Source: Haloferax volcanii DS2 (lineage in GTDB: Archaea; Halobacteriota; Halobacteria; Halobacteriales; Haloferacaceae). From it: a stretch of DNA of 32,000 nucleotides. This document shows positions 15,581-24,425 of the stretch, in pieces (positions within the stretch are counted from its first letter, which is position 1; each line of letters begins with the position of its first letter). A model generated the notes under the pieces. That model made no database searches. It was not told where the DNA came from and saw nothing but the letters and a program-made list of their open reading frames with translations. The position numbers and the translations under genes are program-made. Location of the stretch: contig NC_013967.1 in NCBI RefSeq assembly GCF_000025685.1, positions 1,500,001 to 1,532,000 of the forward strand, read 5' to 3'.

Positions 15581-16756
15581 GTGAATCAGACGGCGCACGT
15601 CGTCCTCGTCGGCTACGGCGAGGTGGGCACGAAGAGTTCGAGCGTCCGGGCGAAGATGGAGGCCAGACTGCGGACGAACCTCCAAGCGGTCCTCGACGAC
15701 CGCTCGCTCCCGGGCCGCGTCGAGCGGGAGTGGTCCCGCCTGCTCGTCCGCGACGCCACCGACGCCGAGGCCGTCGCGGCCGCCTGCGCCGAGGTGCCGG
15801 GCGTCGTCTGGGCGCGCCCCTGCGTCGCCTGCGACCCCGTCCTCGACGACATCGTCACGGTCTGTCGAAGTCTCGCGTCCGACCACCCCGACGGGGCGGC
15901 GTTCGCCGTCGACGCCGACCGCGTCGGCGGCGCCGACCAACACGCGTTCACGAGTTCCGACCTCGAACGCGAGGCCGGGAGCGCCGTCGTCGAGGCGACC
16001 GGCGCGCCCGTGGACCTCGACGACCCCGACCGGACCTACCGCATCGAGTGCCGCGAGGAGGCGGCGTATCTCTCCGTCCGGCGGTTCGACGGCCCCGGCG
16101 GCCTCCCGCTCGGAACGCAGGGGCGGGCCGTCTCGCTCGTCTCCGGCGGCATCGACTCGCCGGTGGCGACGTGGGAGCTGATGCGCCGGGGCTGCGAAAT
16201 CGTCCCCGTCTACGTCGATTTGGGCGACTACGGCGGCGCGGACCACCGCGCGCGGGCCATCGAGACGGTGCGGACCATCGCTCGCCGCGCCCCGAACGCG
16301 GACATGCGAGTCCACGTCGTCCCCGCCGGCGACGTGGTCGAGCGACTGATGGAGTCCGTCGATGACACCCGGATGCTCTCGCTGCGGCGCGCCATGCTCG
16401 CCATCGCCGCCGAGGTCGCCACCGACGAGCACGCCCACTCAATCGTGACCGGCGAATCGCTCGGTCAGAAGTCGAGTCAGACCGGCGAGAACCTCGCCGT
16501 CACCGAGGCCGCGGTCGACTACCCCGTCCACCGCCCGCTTTTGACCCGCGACAAGACCGACATCGTCGCGGCCGCCCGCGACCTCGGCACCTACGACGAC
16601 TCGACGCTCCCCGTCGGCTGCGAGCGCGTCGCGCCGAGTTTCCCCGAGACGAACGCCTCGCTGTCGGCCGTCGAGGCCGCGGAACCCGACGACCTGTTCG
16701 ACCTCGCGGTCGAGGCCGCCCGCGAGCGGGTCGTCGTGTCGCCCGACGGCGAGTGA
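15581..16756 (+). CDS. thiI: tRNA sulfurtransferase ThiI (THUMP + PP-loop), no rhodanese domain
   Basis: The N-terminus VLVGYGEVGTKSSSVR matches ThiI, as do the PP-loop LVSGGIDSPVA and GESLGQKSSQT. The protein ends shortly after the PP-loop domain. The start is a GTG, and an in-frame stop at 15497 excludes a longer form. Confidence 0.9.
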   Translation: MNQTAHVVLVGYGEVGTKSSSVRAKMEARLRTNLQAVLDDRSLPGRVEREWSRLLVRDATDAEAVAAACAEVPGVVWARPCVACDPVLDDIVTVCRSLASDHPDGAAFAVDADRVGGADQHAFTSSDLEREAGSAVVEATGAPVDLDDPDRTYRIECREEAAYLSVRRFDGPGGLPLGTQGRAVSLVSGGIDSPVATWELMRRGCEIVPVYVDLGDYGGADHRARAIETVRTIARRAPNADMRVHVVPAGDVVERLMESVDDTRMLSLRRAMLAIAAEVATDEHAHSIVTGESLGQKSSQTGENLAVTEAAVDYPVHRPLLTRDKTDIVAAARDLGTYDDSTLPVGCERVAPSFPETNASLSAVEAAEPDDLFDLAVEAARERVVVSPDGE

Positions 16757-16921
16757 GCGCGGGAGCGCGGAGTGGAGGCCGAGCGCACATTCTGAACCCG
16801 GTTGTCACCAGCCTCACCGAGACACGATACCGACGCACACACTGACCGTGAAAACGACCAACATAGTCACGATTCTTCAAACGTTTAGATTCGTTTCGAA
16901 TGAACAATTGCACAAAAATGA

Positions 16922-16930
16922 CTTTATTTA
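16922..16930 (+). promoter_or_regulatory. TATA box for the small Cys-pair protein gene
   Basis: CTTTATTTA is centred 27 nt upstream of the ATG at 16953. Confidence 0.5.
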
Positions 16931-16952
16931 CCGTGAGCGCTAGGGATCTCTC

Positions 16953-17207
16953 ATGTCGAAAACATCGTATCCCGGTCACGGGCATCCCGGCCCCGAGTGG
17001 CGCGTCAGCCACCGGGCGTCGCGGACCGACTGGAGCGACGCCGTCGAGCGGTGCGCGGCGTGCCGCGCCCGCGTCGACATGAGCGAAGCGCACTACCAGG
17101 TCCTCCTCGAACGGGACATCGACAAGCCCGGCAAGATAACGCTCGAACGCGAGCGCGTCGTGTTCTGCGACGAGTCCTGCGCCGCCGAGTGGGAGTCGAC
17201 CGCCTGA
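16953..17207 (+). CDS. small Cys-pair protein (CxxC ... FCxxxC), putative zinc-binding, TRASH-like
   Basis: An 84-aa product containing CAACRARV and VVFCDESCAAEW, plus an N-terminal GHGHPG. A TATA-like CTTTATTTA is centred 27 nt upstream of the ATG, suggesting a leaderless transcript. Confidence 0.6.
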   Translation: MSKTSYPGHGHPGPEWRVSHRASRTDWSDAVERCAACRARVDMSEAHYQVLLERDIDKPGKITLERERVVFCDESCAAEWESTA

Positions 17208-17249
17208 GTACCGGAACCGCTTTACCGAATCCGGTCCCTCCCTCTCGAC

Positions 17250-17702
17250 GTGACGCAGGTCTGTATCGTCGGCGCGGAGGACGTCCACCTCCAGTACGAA
17301 CTGCTGTCGCGCGACACCGCGCGCGCGGCGCTTTCGACCTACGATATCTCCGAACCGTTCGACAACTCGCTTTCGGTCGGCACGGTGAGTCTCGGCGCGG
17401 CCGTCTCGCTTCTCAACGACCTCAACTGGTATCTCGTCCGGTTCGCCGACTTCTCGTTGGTCCGCGAGCCCTCCGTCTCGGCCGACGAGTGGCTCTCCCG
17501 CGACCTCGCCCGACGGATTCGAGACGGGAAGGTTCAGCCCGAGGACACGGGCGACCACCTCGCCATCTACGGCGTCGAAGACGGCCGCCTCGTCGAGCCG
17601 ATGTTCGTGACGCGGGTCGACGGCTCGGTGCCCAACTACGACCTCAGAGACGTGGAGCGAACGCTCGTCGTCAGAGTGGGCGAAGACGAGTTCGGTCGGT
17701 GA
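17250..17702 (+). CDS. conserved-looking hypothetical protein (soluble, acidic)
   Basis: A 150-aa ORF with a GTG start. Its composition is haloarchaeal-protein-like rather than Arg-rich. No motif recognised. Confidence 0.5.
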   Translation: MTQVCIVGAEDVHLQYELLSRDTARAALSTYDISEPFDNSLSVGTVSLGAAVSLLNDLNWYLVRFADFSLVREPSVSADEWLSRDLARRIRDGKVQPEDTGDHLAIYGVEDGRLVEPMFVTRVDGSVPNYDLRDVERTLVVRVGEDEFGR

Positions 17703-17722
17703 GCGCCGCCCCGGGGCGACCG

Positions 17723-18643
17723 CTATTCTTCGGCGTCGAACATCCCGGTCGACATGTAGCGCTCGCCGGAGTCCCAGAAGACCGTCACCACGAGCGGCTG
17801 GTCTTCCTCGTCGGCGTCGGGGGCGGCGAGCCGCTCGGCGACGCGCTTGGCGGCGAGGAGCGACGCGCCGGACGACTGGCCGACGAGGATGCCTTCCTCG
17901 CGGGCGAGGCGGCGACACTCGGCCTCGGCGTCCGCGAGTTCGACGATTTCCACGTCGTCGAGGAGGTCGGTGTCGAGGTTGGGGCTGACGAAGCCCGGGC
18001 CCATCCCCTGGAAGTCGTTGTTTCCGACCTCACGGCCCGAGAGGACGGCGCTCTCGGCGGGTTCGACGCCGACGACGCGCATCGAGGGGAACTCCTCGAC
18101 GAGACGGCTGCCGGTGCCCGAAATCGTGCCGCCGGTGCCGATGCCGGCGACGAGGGCGTCGATGCGGCGGTCGCCCACCTGTTCGAGAACCTCCTCGGCG
18201 GTCGTCCGGTAGTGCGCCTCCGGGTTCGCGGGGTTCTCGAACTGTCGGAGCTGGTACATCCCCTCGGCTTCGAGGTCGTCAGCGCGGTCTTTCGCGGCGG
18301 AGATGTCGCCGTCGACGAGTTCGATTGTCGCCCCGTAGGCGCGCATGATTTCGCGGCGCTCGGGCGACATCGAGTCCGGCATGACGATGGTCAGGTCGTA
18401 GCCCTTCGCCGCCGCGACGACCGCGAGTCCGATACCGGTGTTCCCGGACGTGGGTTCGACGAGGCGGTCGCCCGGCGAGATGTCGCCCGCCTCCTCGGCC
18501 GCCTCGACCATCGCCAACGCGGGGCGGTCCTTCGCCGACCCGCCCGGGTTCTTCGACTCCATCTTCGCCGCGACCGTCGACCCCTCGGGGGAGTCGACGC
18601 GGACCAGCGGCGACCCGATAGCGTCGAGGATACTGTCGTCCAT
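17723..18643 (-). CDS. cysK: cysteine synthase (O-acetylserine sulfhydrylase), PLP-dependent
   Basis: KMESKNPGGSAKDRPA carries the PLP lysine. TSGNTGIGLA and GIGTGGTISG (phosphate loop) are also present. The product is 306 aa. Confidence 0.9.
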   Translation of the reverse strand: MDDSILDAIGSPLVRVDSPEGSTVAAKMESKNPGGSAKDRPALAMVEAAEEAGDISPGDRLVEPTSGNTGIGLAVVAAAKGYDLTIVMPDSMSPERREIMRAYGATIELVDGDISAAKDRADDLEAEGMYQLRQFENPANPEAHYRTTAEEVLEQVGDRRIDALVAGIGTGGTISGTGSRLVEEFPSMRVVGVEPAESAVLSGREVGNNDFQGMGPGFVSPNLDTDLLDDVEIVELADAEAECRRLAREEGILVGQSSGASLLAAKRVAERLAAPDADEEDQPLVVTVFWDSGERYMSTGMFDAEE

Positions 18644-18787
18644 CGACCCTCCGTTGACGGTGCGACACTAAACGACTGGCGGAGGCGGACGATACGGCCA
18701 CCGTCTCGGGGGAGACAGCGACGAGCGCGGGCGGCGAGCCCCGCCGCGAGCGCACCCGTTAAATCCGCGCGGCCGGTAGACGGGCGC

Positions 18788-19168
18788 ATGGCCGAAGCCG
18801 AGACGCTCGAAACGATGCAACCGAACCCCGCGTGGGACGCGGCGTCCTACCCCGACGTGGTCGACACCCTCGCGGCCGCGGACTACACGTTCAAGGTCTG
18901 GGGCGGCGACTGGTGCGGCGACTGCCGCGGACAGCTTCCCGACTTCGCGGCGGCGCTCGACGCCGCCGGCGTCCCCGCCGAGCGAATCGACCACTACCCC
19001 GTCGAGAAGGCCGACGACGGCTCGAAGGTCGGCCCGCTCGTCGAGGAGTACGACATCGAACTCATCCCCACGGTCGTCGTCGAACGCGACGGCGAGGAGG
19101 TCGCCCGCTTCGTGGAAGAAGAGGACGTTCCGATTGCGGTCTACCTCGCGGACGAACTGTCGAACTGA
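18788..19168 (+). CDS. thioredoxin-fold protein (WCGDC active site)
   Basis: The ATG at 18788 lies inside a long spurious track ORF. The product contains FKVWGGDWCGDCRGQLP and IPTVVVERDGEEV, which are typical thioredoxin-fold elements. Confidence 0.8.
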   Translation: MAEAETLETMQPNPAWDAASYPDVVDTLAAADYTFKVWGGDWCGDCRGQLPDFAAALDAAGVPAERIDHYPVEKADDGSKVGPLVEEYDIELIPTVVVERDGEEVARFVEEEDVPIAVYLADELSN

Positions 19169-19204
19169 GCGCCGACGCCGATTCTCTCGCAGTCGCTCCC
19201 GCCG

Positions 19205-21316
19205 TTACGCACCTTCGCCCGCCGTGAACCACGCCAGCGCCTCGTCGAGGTCGTGGGTCGGCGCGGAGCAGGTGAAGTTCTCGCAGGCGTAGACGGTCGG
19301 CTCCCCGTCGGCGGCCTCGCGGCCGGCCCAGATTGGCGGAGCCTCGTCTAATCCGAGTTCGTCCAGCCACGCGTCGAGTTCCTCGTCGGTGCCGGGGCGA
19401 CGGGAGACGACGAGACCGGGGAAGTACCGCGAGGCGAGCGTCGCGCGCCACTCGTCGGGAACCTCGTCGGCGGCGACGGTGAGTTCGGGGACGCCGCTGG
19501 CGGCCTTCTCGGCGGCGAGCGCGAGCGAGACGTGTTCGAGCGGACTGCCGCGGACCCGGTTGGCGAACGACCCGAGGACCGCGTCCGCGACCTCGCCGAA
19601 CCCCGCGTCGGGCGCGAACTGTTCGAGGTCCAAGAACAGCGACGTGGCGACGCCGAGGCTCGACGGCGTGGACTGGTCGGTCGGCTCCTGCGGGCGGGTG
19701 ACGAGCGATTCGCCGCTCTCGGGAGTGAAGTAGAGCGTGCCCGCGTCGGCGTCGTAGAACTCGCGGCGGGTCGCCCGCGCGAGGTCGAGCGCGAACGAGA
19801 GCGGCGCGAGGTCGCCGGTCGCCTGATAGAGGTCGAACGCGCCGCGCGCGAGGAAGGCGTAGTCTTCGAGGTAGCCGTCGCCTTTCACCTCGCCGTTCAT
19901 CACGCGCCGCGAGAGCGTCGCGGTCTCGGCGTCCCAGAGGCGCTCGCGCACGAAGTCGAGGGCGCGGCGGGCGTCGGCCGCGAGCGAGTCGTCTTCGAGG
20001 ACGACCGAGCCCTGCGCGAACGCCGAAATCATCAGGCCGTTCCAGCCGGCGAGCACCTTCTCGTCACGGGCGGGGCGCTCGCGCCCCTCGCGGGCGGCGA
20101 ACAGCGCCTTCCGTGCCTTTTCGAGTCGGTCCTCGACCTCGGACTCGTCGAGGTCGTACTCGTCGGCGAGGTCGGCGGTCGTCGCGGAGACGTTCAGGAC
20201 GGTCGTCTTGTCCTCGAAGTTGCCGCCGGGCGTGACGCCGTAGCGGTCGCAGAAGAGGTCGGCGTCGAGTTCGGGGAGGAGGTCGCGCACGTCGTCGGGC
20301 GTCCAGACGTAGAAGGTCCCCTCCTCGCCGCCGGACTGGGCGTCGAGGGTGGCGAAGAAGCCGCCGTCGTCGTGGGTGAGTTCGCGGCGGACGAACTCGA
20401 ACGTCTCGGCGGCGACGGTCGCGTACGAGTCGTTGCCGGTGAGTCGGGCGGCGTCGAGATACCGCGAGGCGAGGCCGGCCTGGTCGTACAGCATCTTCTC
20501 GAAGTGCGGGACGGTCCACTCGCGGTCGACGCAGTAGCGGTGGAAGCCGCCGCCGAGGTGGTCGCGGAGGCCGCCGTTGGCCATCGCGTCGAGGCTCTGC
20601 CGCGCCACGTCGAGCGCCTCGCGGCGGCCGGAAACGGCGTAGCCGCGGAGCATGGCGTCGATGCGACCGGGTTGGGGGAACTTCGGTCCGTCGCCGCCGA
20701 AGCCGCCGTGGTCGCGGTCGGCGCCGCGGAGCGCGGCCTGTACGGTGGTGTCGAGGATGTCCGAGCCGGGAGCCTCGCCGGGCGTGTCGGGCGTCTCCTC
20801 CAGTCGGTCGGTGATGGCGCTCGTCCACTGCTCGGCGCGGTTTTCTATCTCCTCGCGGTCGGTCAGCCACGACTCGGCGAAGCTCTCGACGATGTCGCGG
20901 AAGCCGGGCGCGCCGCGGCGGGGTTCGGGTGGGAAGTACGTGCCGACGAAGAAGGGCTTGCCCTCGGGCGTGAGCCAGACCGAAAGCGGCCAGCCGCCGC
21001 CGCCGGTGACCTGTTGGCAGATGGTCTGGTAGATGCGGTCGAGGTCGGGGCGCTCCTCGCGGTCGACTTTGACCGGGACGAACTCCTCGTTGAGCACCTC
21101 GGCGATGTCGGGGTCCGAGAAGCTCTCGTCGGCCATGACGTGACACCAGTGGCACGCCGAGTAGCCGATTGAAAGAAAGATGGGCTTGTCCGCCTCGCGG
21201 GCCGCGTCGAGGGCCGTTTCGTCCCACGGCTGCCAGTTGACCGGGTTGTCGGCGTGCTGGCGGAGGTACGGGCTCTGCTCCTCGTCGAGTCGGTTGCGTC
21301 CCACCGGGTCGGACAT
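19205..21316 (-). CDS. thioredoxin-domain protein of the DUF255 / YyaL (SPATA20-like) family
   Basis: The family N-terminus is present: [17 protein letters not shown]...[23 protein letters not shown]...[16 protein letters not shown] long alpha/alpha-toroid-like region follows. The product is 703 aa. Confidence 0.9.
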   Translation of the reverse strand: MSDPVGRNRLDEEQSPYLRQHADNPVNWQPWDETALDAAREADKPIFLSIGYSACHWCHVMADESFSDPDIAEVLNEEFVPVKVDREERPDLDRIYQTICQQVTGGGGWPLSVWLTPEGKPFFVGTYFPPEPRRGAPGFRDIVESFAESWLTDREEIENRAEQWTSAITDRLEETPDTPGEAPGSDILDTTVQAALRGADRDHGGFGGDGPKFPQPGRIDAMLRGYAVSGRREALDVARQSLDAMANGGLRDHLGGGFHRYCVDREWTVPHFEKMLYDQAGLASRYLDAARLTGNDSYATVAAETFEFVRRELTHDDGGFFATLDAQSGGEEGTFYVWTPDDVRDLLPELDADLFCDRYGVTPGGNFEDKTTVLNVSATTADLADEYDLDESEVEDRLEKARKALFAAREGRERPARDEKVLAGWNGLMISAFAQGSVVLEDDSLAADARRALDFVRERLWDAETATLSRRVMNGEVKGDGYLEDYAFLARGAFDLYQATGDLAPLSFALDLARATRREFYDADAGTLYFTPESGESLVTRPQEPTDQSTPSSLGVATSLFLDLEQFAPDAGFGEVADAVLGSFANRVRGSPLEHVSLALAAEKAASGVPELTVAADEVPDEWRATLASRYFPGLVVSRRPGTDEELDAWLDELGLDEAPPIWAGREAADGEPTVYACENFTCSAPTHDLDEALAWFTAGEGA

Positions 21317-21473
21317 GCGTCGGAGTCGGCGCTCCGGGAACTAAAGCGGCGTGGAGACGGCCGTCGTGGCCGACTCGGGGTGTGGCGCGGGGTGTGGGTC
21401 GGACGGCGAGTCACCCTCGCTGGCGACCGTCTATGACCACAATCGTGCCTATTTCGTCGCAGATAAAGAGCAA

Positions 21474-21483
21474 TCTTTACACT
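21474..21483 (+). promoter_or_regulatory. TATA-like element upstream of purD
   Basis: ATCTTTACAC is centred about 28 nt upstream of the ATG at 21506. Confidence 0.35.
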
Positions 21484-21505
21484 CCCGTGCGCAGGGTATG
21501 CGATC

Positions 21506-22792
21506 ATGAGCGAGACCGTCCTCCTCGTCGGCGGCGGCGGCCGCGAGCACGCGATTGCCCGCGCGCTGGCCCCCGACTGCGACCTGTACGCCTGCGCCAG
21601 CAACCGAAACCCCGGCATCGCCGCCCTCGCGGAGGGCTTCGAGACGATTTCGGAGACCGCCGCCGAGGACATCGTCGCCTACGCCGAGTCGGTCGGCGCG
21701 ACGCTCGCGATCGTCGGCCCCGAGTCCGGCCTCGCGGCCGGCGTCGCCGACGCCCTCGACGAGGCGGGAATCTACACCTTCGGCCCGCAGGCCGCCGAGG
21801 CGCGCATCGAGACGGACAAGGCGTTCCAGCGGCAGTTCATGCGCGACGAGGAGATTCCGGGCAACCCCGACTTCGCCACCTTCGACGACACGGAGGCCGC
21901 CTGCGACTACATCGACGACTACGACGGCGACCTCGCGGTCAAGCCCGCGGGCCTCACCGGCGGCAAGGGCGTGAAGGTCATCGGCGACCAGGTGACGCCC
22001 GCGGAGGCGAAGGCGTACCTCCGCGACTCGGGCTACGAGCGCGTCGTCCTCGAAGAGCGCCTCGTCGGCGAGGAGTTCACGATTCAGGCGTTCGTCGCCG
22101 ACGGCGAGTTCCGCGTCAGCCCCGCCGTACAGGACCACAAGCGCGCCTACGAGGGCGACGAGGGACCGAACACCGGCGGCATGGGCAGTTACACCGACGT
22201 GTCTCCCTCCCTACCGTTCATGGCCGACGGCGACTACGAGGCCGCCGTCGAGGTCATCGAGGCCGTCGTGGAGGCGCTGCCGGAGTACAAGGGCATCCTC
22301 TACGGCCAGTTCATGCTCACGACCGAGGGTCCGAAGGTCATCGAGTTCAACGCCCGCTTCGGTGACCCCGAGGCGATGAACACGCTACCGGTCCTCGAAA
22401 CGCCATTCATCGACGTGCTCACCGCCGCCCGCGAGGGCGAATCCCTGCCGGAACTCGACTTCACCGAGGCCGCCACGGTCTGTAAGTACGCCGTCCCCGA
22501 GGGTTACCCGACGGACCCCGAGGCCGGCGCGGAAATCACGGTCGAAGTGGACGAGGACGCCGGCGCGCTGCTGTTCTACGCGAGCGTCGACGACCGCGAG
22601 GACGGCCTCTACACGACGACCTCCCGGTCGTTCGCCGTGGTCGGCGTCGCCGACAGCATCACCGAGGCTGAGGAACTCGCGGAGGACGCGCTCGTCGACG
22701 CCGGCGAGGGGTTCCACATCCGCCACGATATCGGCACGGCGGCGCTCGTCCAGCGCCGCATCGACCACATGGCCGAACTCCGCGGCGAGTAA
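21506..22792 (+). CDS. purD: phosphoribosylamine--glycine ligase
   Basis: VLLVGGGGREHAIA at the N-terminus, an ATP-grasp core (AVKPAGLTGGKGVKV, EERLVGEEF) and VIEFNARFGDPE identify PurD. The product is 428 aa. Confidence 0.95.
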   Translation: MSETVLLVGGGGREHAIARALAPDCDLYACASNRNPGIAALAEGFETISETAAEDIVAYAESVGATLAIVGPESGLAAGVADALDEAGIYTFGPQAAEARIETDKAFQRQFMRDEEIPGNPDFATFDDTEAACDYIDDYDGDLAVKPAGLTGGKGVKVIGDQVTPAEAKAYLRDSGYERVVLEERLVGEEFTIQAFVADGEFRVSPAVQDHKRAYEGDEGPNTGGMGSYTDVSPSLPFMADGDYEAAVEVIEAVVEALPEYKGILYGQFMLTTEGPKVIEFNARFGDPEAMNTLPVLETPFIDVLTAAREGESLPELDFTEAATVCKYAVPEGYPTDPEAGAEITVEVDEDAGALLFYASVDDREDGLYTTTSRSFAVVGVADSITEAEELAEDALVDAGEGFHIRHDIGTAALVQRRIDHMAELRGE

Positions 22793-22882
22793 GCCGGACG
22801 CGGTTCCGCGGCCCCGCGTTTCTGTTTCTCTCGTCGCCCCCGCGCCGAGGGCGCTTTTACCCCCGCGGTCCAATCGGCGGAC

Positions 22883-23425
22883 GTGACCGACGACGATGCC
22901 GCACCGGCGGACGCGGAGGCCCGCCGACACGACCGAATCCAGCACCACCCGACGCCCGGCCCGCGGAACTCGCTGCAGTACTGGACCGACGCCAAGCCCG
23001 TCTGGCGCGTGATGCTCAACTACGTGTTCGTCCTCGTCGCCCGCATCGCGCCGTCGCTCAAACTTCGAAACTGGGCGCTCCGGCGCATCGGCGTCACCGT
23101 CGGAAGGAGCGTCTCGTGGGGCCTCGAAGCGACGCCCGACGTGTTCTGGCCGGAACTCGTCACCATCGAGGACGACGCCATCATCGGCTACGACTCGGTC
23201 ATTCTCTGTCACGAGTTCCTGCAGGACGAGTACCGGACCGGCGAGGTCGTCGTCGGCGAGCGCGCCATGATAGGCGCGAAGGCGACCATCCTGCCGGGCG
23301 TCCGCATCGGCGAAGGCGCGCAGGTCGCGGCGAACTCGCTCGTCACGCGTGACGTGCCCGCGGGAGAGACGGTCGCCGGCGTGCCCGCGAGACCCATGTC
23401 CGGCGACGAGACTGACGGAGCGTAA
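22883..23425 (+). CDS. left-handed beta-helix (hexapeptide repeat) acyl/acetyltransferase
   Basis: Hexapeptide repeats are visible: IEDDAIIGYDSVILCH...VVVGERAMIGAKATILPGVRIGEGAQVAANSLVTRDVPAGETVAGVPA. The start is a GTG, with a TATA-like CTTTTACC about 27 nt upstream. Confidence 0.8.
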   Translation: MTDDDAAPADAEARRHDRIQHHPTPGPRNSLQYWTDAKPVWRVMLNYVFVLVARIAPSLKLRNWALRRIGVTVGRSVSWGLEATPDVFWPELVTIEDDAIIGYDSVILCHEFLQDEYRTGEVVVGERAMIGAKATILPGVRIGEGAQVAANSLVTRDVPAGETVAGVPARPMSGDETDGA

Positions 23426-23527
23426 TCGGTCGTCGTAGTGGGCGGTTCGAGACGCGGCGACCGCCGGCCCGGCACCGAACCGCACGGAATCGGTCCGAAC
23501 GACGACAGTGACCCCGGGTCCGAGCGC

Positions 23528-24424
23528 CTACCGAACGCGCCCGACGCCCTTGTCGAGGACGCGCGCGTTCGGAATGACGAACTCCGTATCCTCGGATTCG
23601 ACGTGAGTGACGAACATATCGAACTCCTGGACGACGCCGCGGACCTCGCCGACGACTATCTCGTCGCCGATGCTGTACGGTTGGGTGAACAGGAGATACG
23701 TCCCCGCCGCGCCCGAGCGAAGGAGGTCGCGGAACGCGACGGCACCGAACACGATGAGTCCCAGCAGGTACGCCCCGAGGAGGACGATGAGCGCGAGCGT
23801 GGCGACGCGGACCTGCGAGAGCGCGACGAGCGTGGCGAGAAAGAAGACGGTGTATTTCGCGAGCGCCGGGAGGATGTTCACCTGCGGGAGTTTGACCGCG
23901 CGGAGTCGCTCGGCGACGAGCAGTTCGACCTTGTCGCCGACGACGACCCCGATGATGAGGACCAGAATGGCGATGAACAACTGCGGGAGGATGGCGATGA
24001 CGAGCCCCCAAAACCGGTCGGCGTAGTTGACCCCGGCGAACGAGAGGGTGGCGAAGATGCTGATGCCGAGGACGAAATACCGCGTCAGCCACGACAGGAT
24101 TTCGACCGTCGAGGTGTCGAAGTCGCGGGCGGTCCGCTCGAACGCGGTCCCCTCGATGGCCTCCGGGACGCCGACGCTGACGAGCAGCCGATGGACGAGC
24201 GTCCCCGCGACGTACGCGAGCACCAGCCCGAGGAGGAGGATGGCGAGCACGCCGAGAAACCGGAGGCCGGCGATTCTGACGATGTCGTCGACGACGCCGC
24301 CGACCGTCTGAAGCGGGGCGGCGGACGCGGACGCGGATGCGGATGCGGACGCGGATGTGAGTGCGGCTGTGGACGCGGAACCGACCGACGAGTGGATGAG
24401 GGACGCCGAAGCGAACCCCGGCAT
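23528..24424 (-). CDS. mscS: small-conductance mechanosensitive channel (MscS family)
   Basis: Several TM segments are followed by the MscS beta-domain pattern LLFTQPYSIGDEIVVGEVRGVVQEFDMFVTHVES..EFVIPN. The ATG lies 1 nt after the dacZ stop. The N-terminus is Ser/Ala-repeat rich. Confidence 0.85.
   Translation of the reverse strand: MPGFASASLIHSSVGSASTAALTSASASASASASAAPLQTVGGVVDDIVRIAGLRFLGVLAILLLGLVLAYVAGTLVHRLLVSVGVPEAIEGTAFERTARDFDTSTVEILSWLTRYFVLGISIFATLSFAGVNYADRFWGLVIAILPQLFIAILVLIIGVVVGDKVELLVAERLRAVKLPQVNILPALAKYTVFFLATLVALSQVRVATLALIVLLGAYLLGLIVFGAVAFRDLLRSGAAGTYLLFTQPYSIGDEIVVGEVRGVVQEFDMFVTHVESEDTEFVIPNARVLDKGVGRVR
24321..24380. repeat. imperfect hexanucleotide tandem repeat (GCGGAY)n inside the mscS 5' end
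   Basis: Six consecutive units (gcggac gcggac gcggat gcggat gcggac gcggat) span 24321-24356. Degenerate units (gtgagt gcggct gtggac gcggaa) follow. On the minus strand the repeat encodes SASASASASASA. Confidence 0.85.
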
Positions 24425-24425
24425 C

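Noticed and set aside
17707-17718. The 12-nt perfect palindrome CGCCCCGGGGCG between convergent genes, considered as a bidirectional terminator hairpin
   Set aside because: It has no loop, so the effective stem is only about 4 bp. There is no adjacent T-run. Such palindromes are expected by chance at this G+C content.
15473-19168. ORFs 15473..16438 (-), 15559..16365 (+), 16500..17918 (-) and the 723-aa ORF 16997..19168 (+)
   Set aside because: These are shadow ORFs over thiI, the two small genes and cysK. Only the last 126 codons of 16997..19168 (from the ATG at 18788) form a credible thioredoxin-fold protein.
19532-21172. A 546-aa + strand ORF, plus 20064..21227 and 20863..21672 on the - strand, within the yyaL-like gene region
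   Set aside because: They are antisense or out of frame to the DUF255 gene and have Arg/Gly-rich composition.
24321-24380. A CRISPR-like or other interspersed repeat array
   Set aside because: These are contiguous 6-nt units with no spacers, lying inside a coding region, so this is a simple microsatellite. No repeat-spacer architecture exists anywhere in the window.
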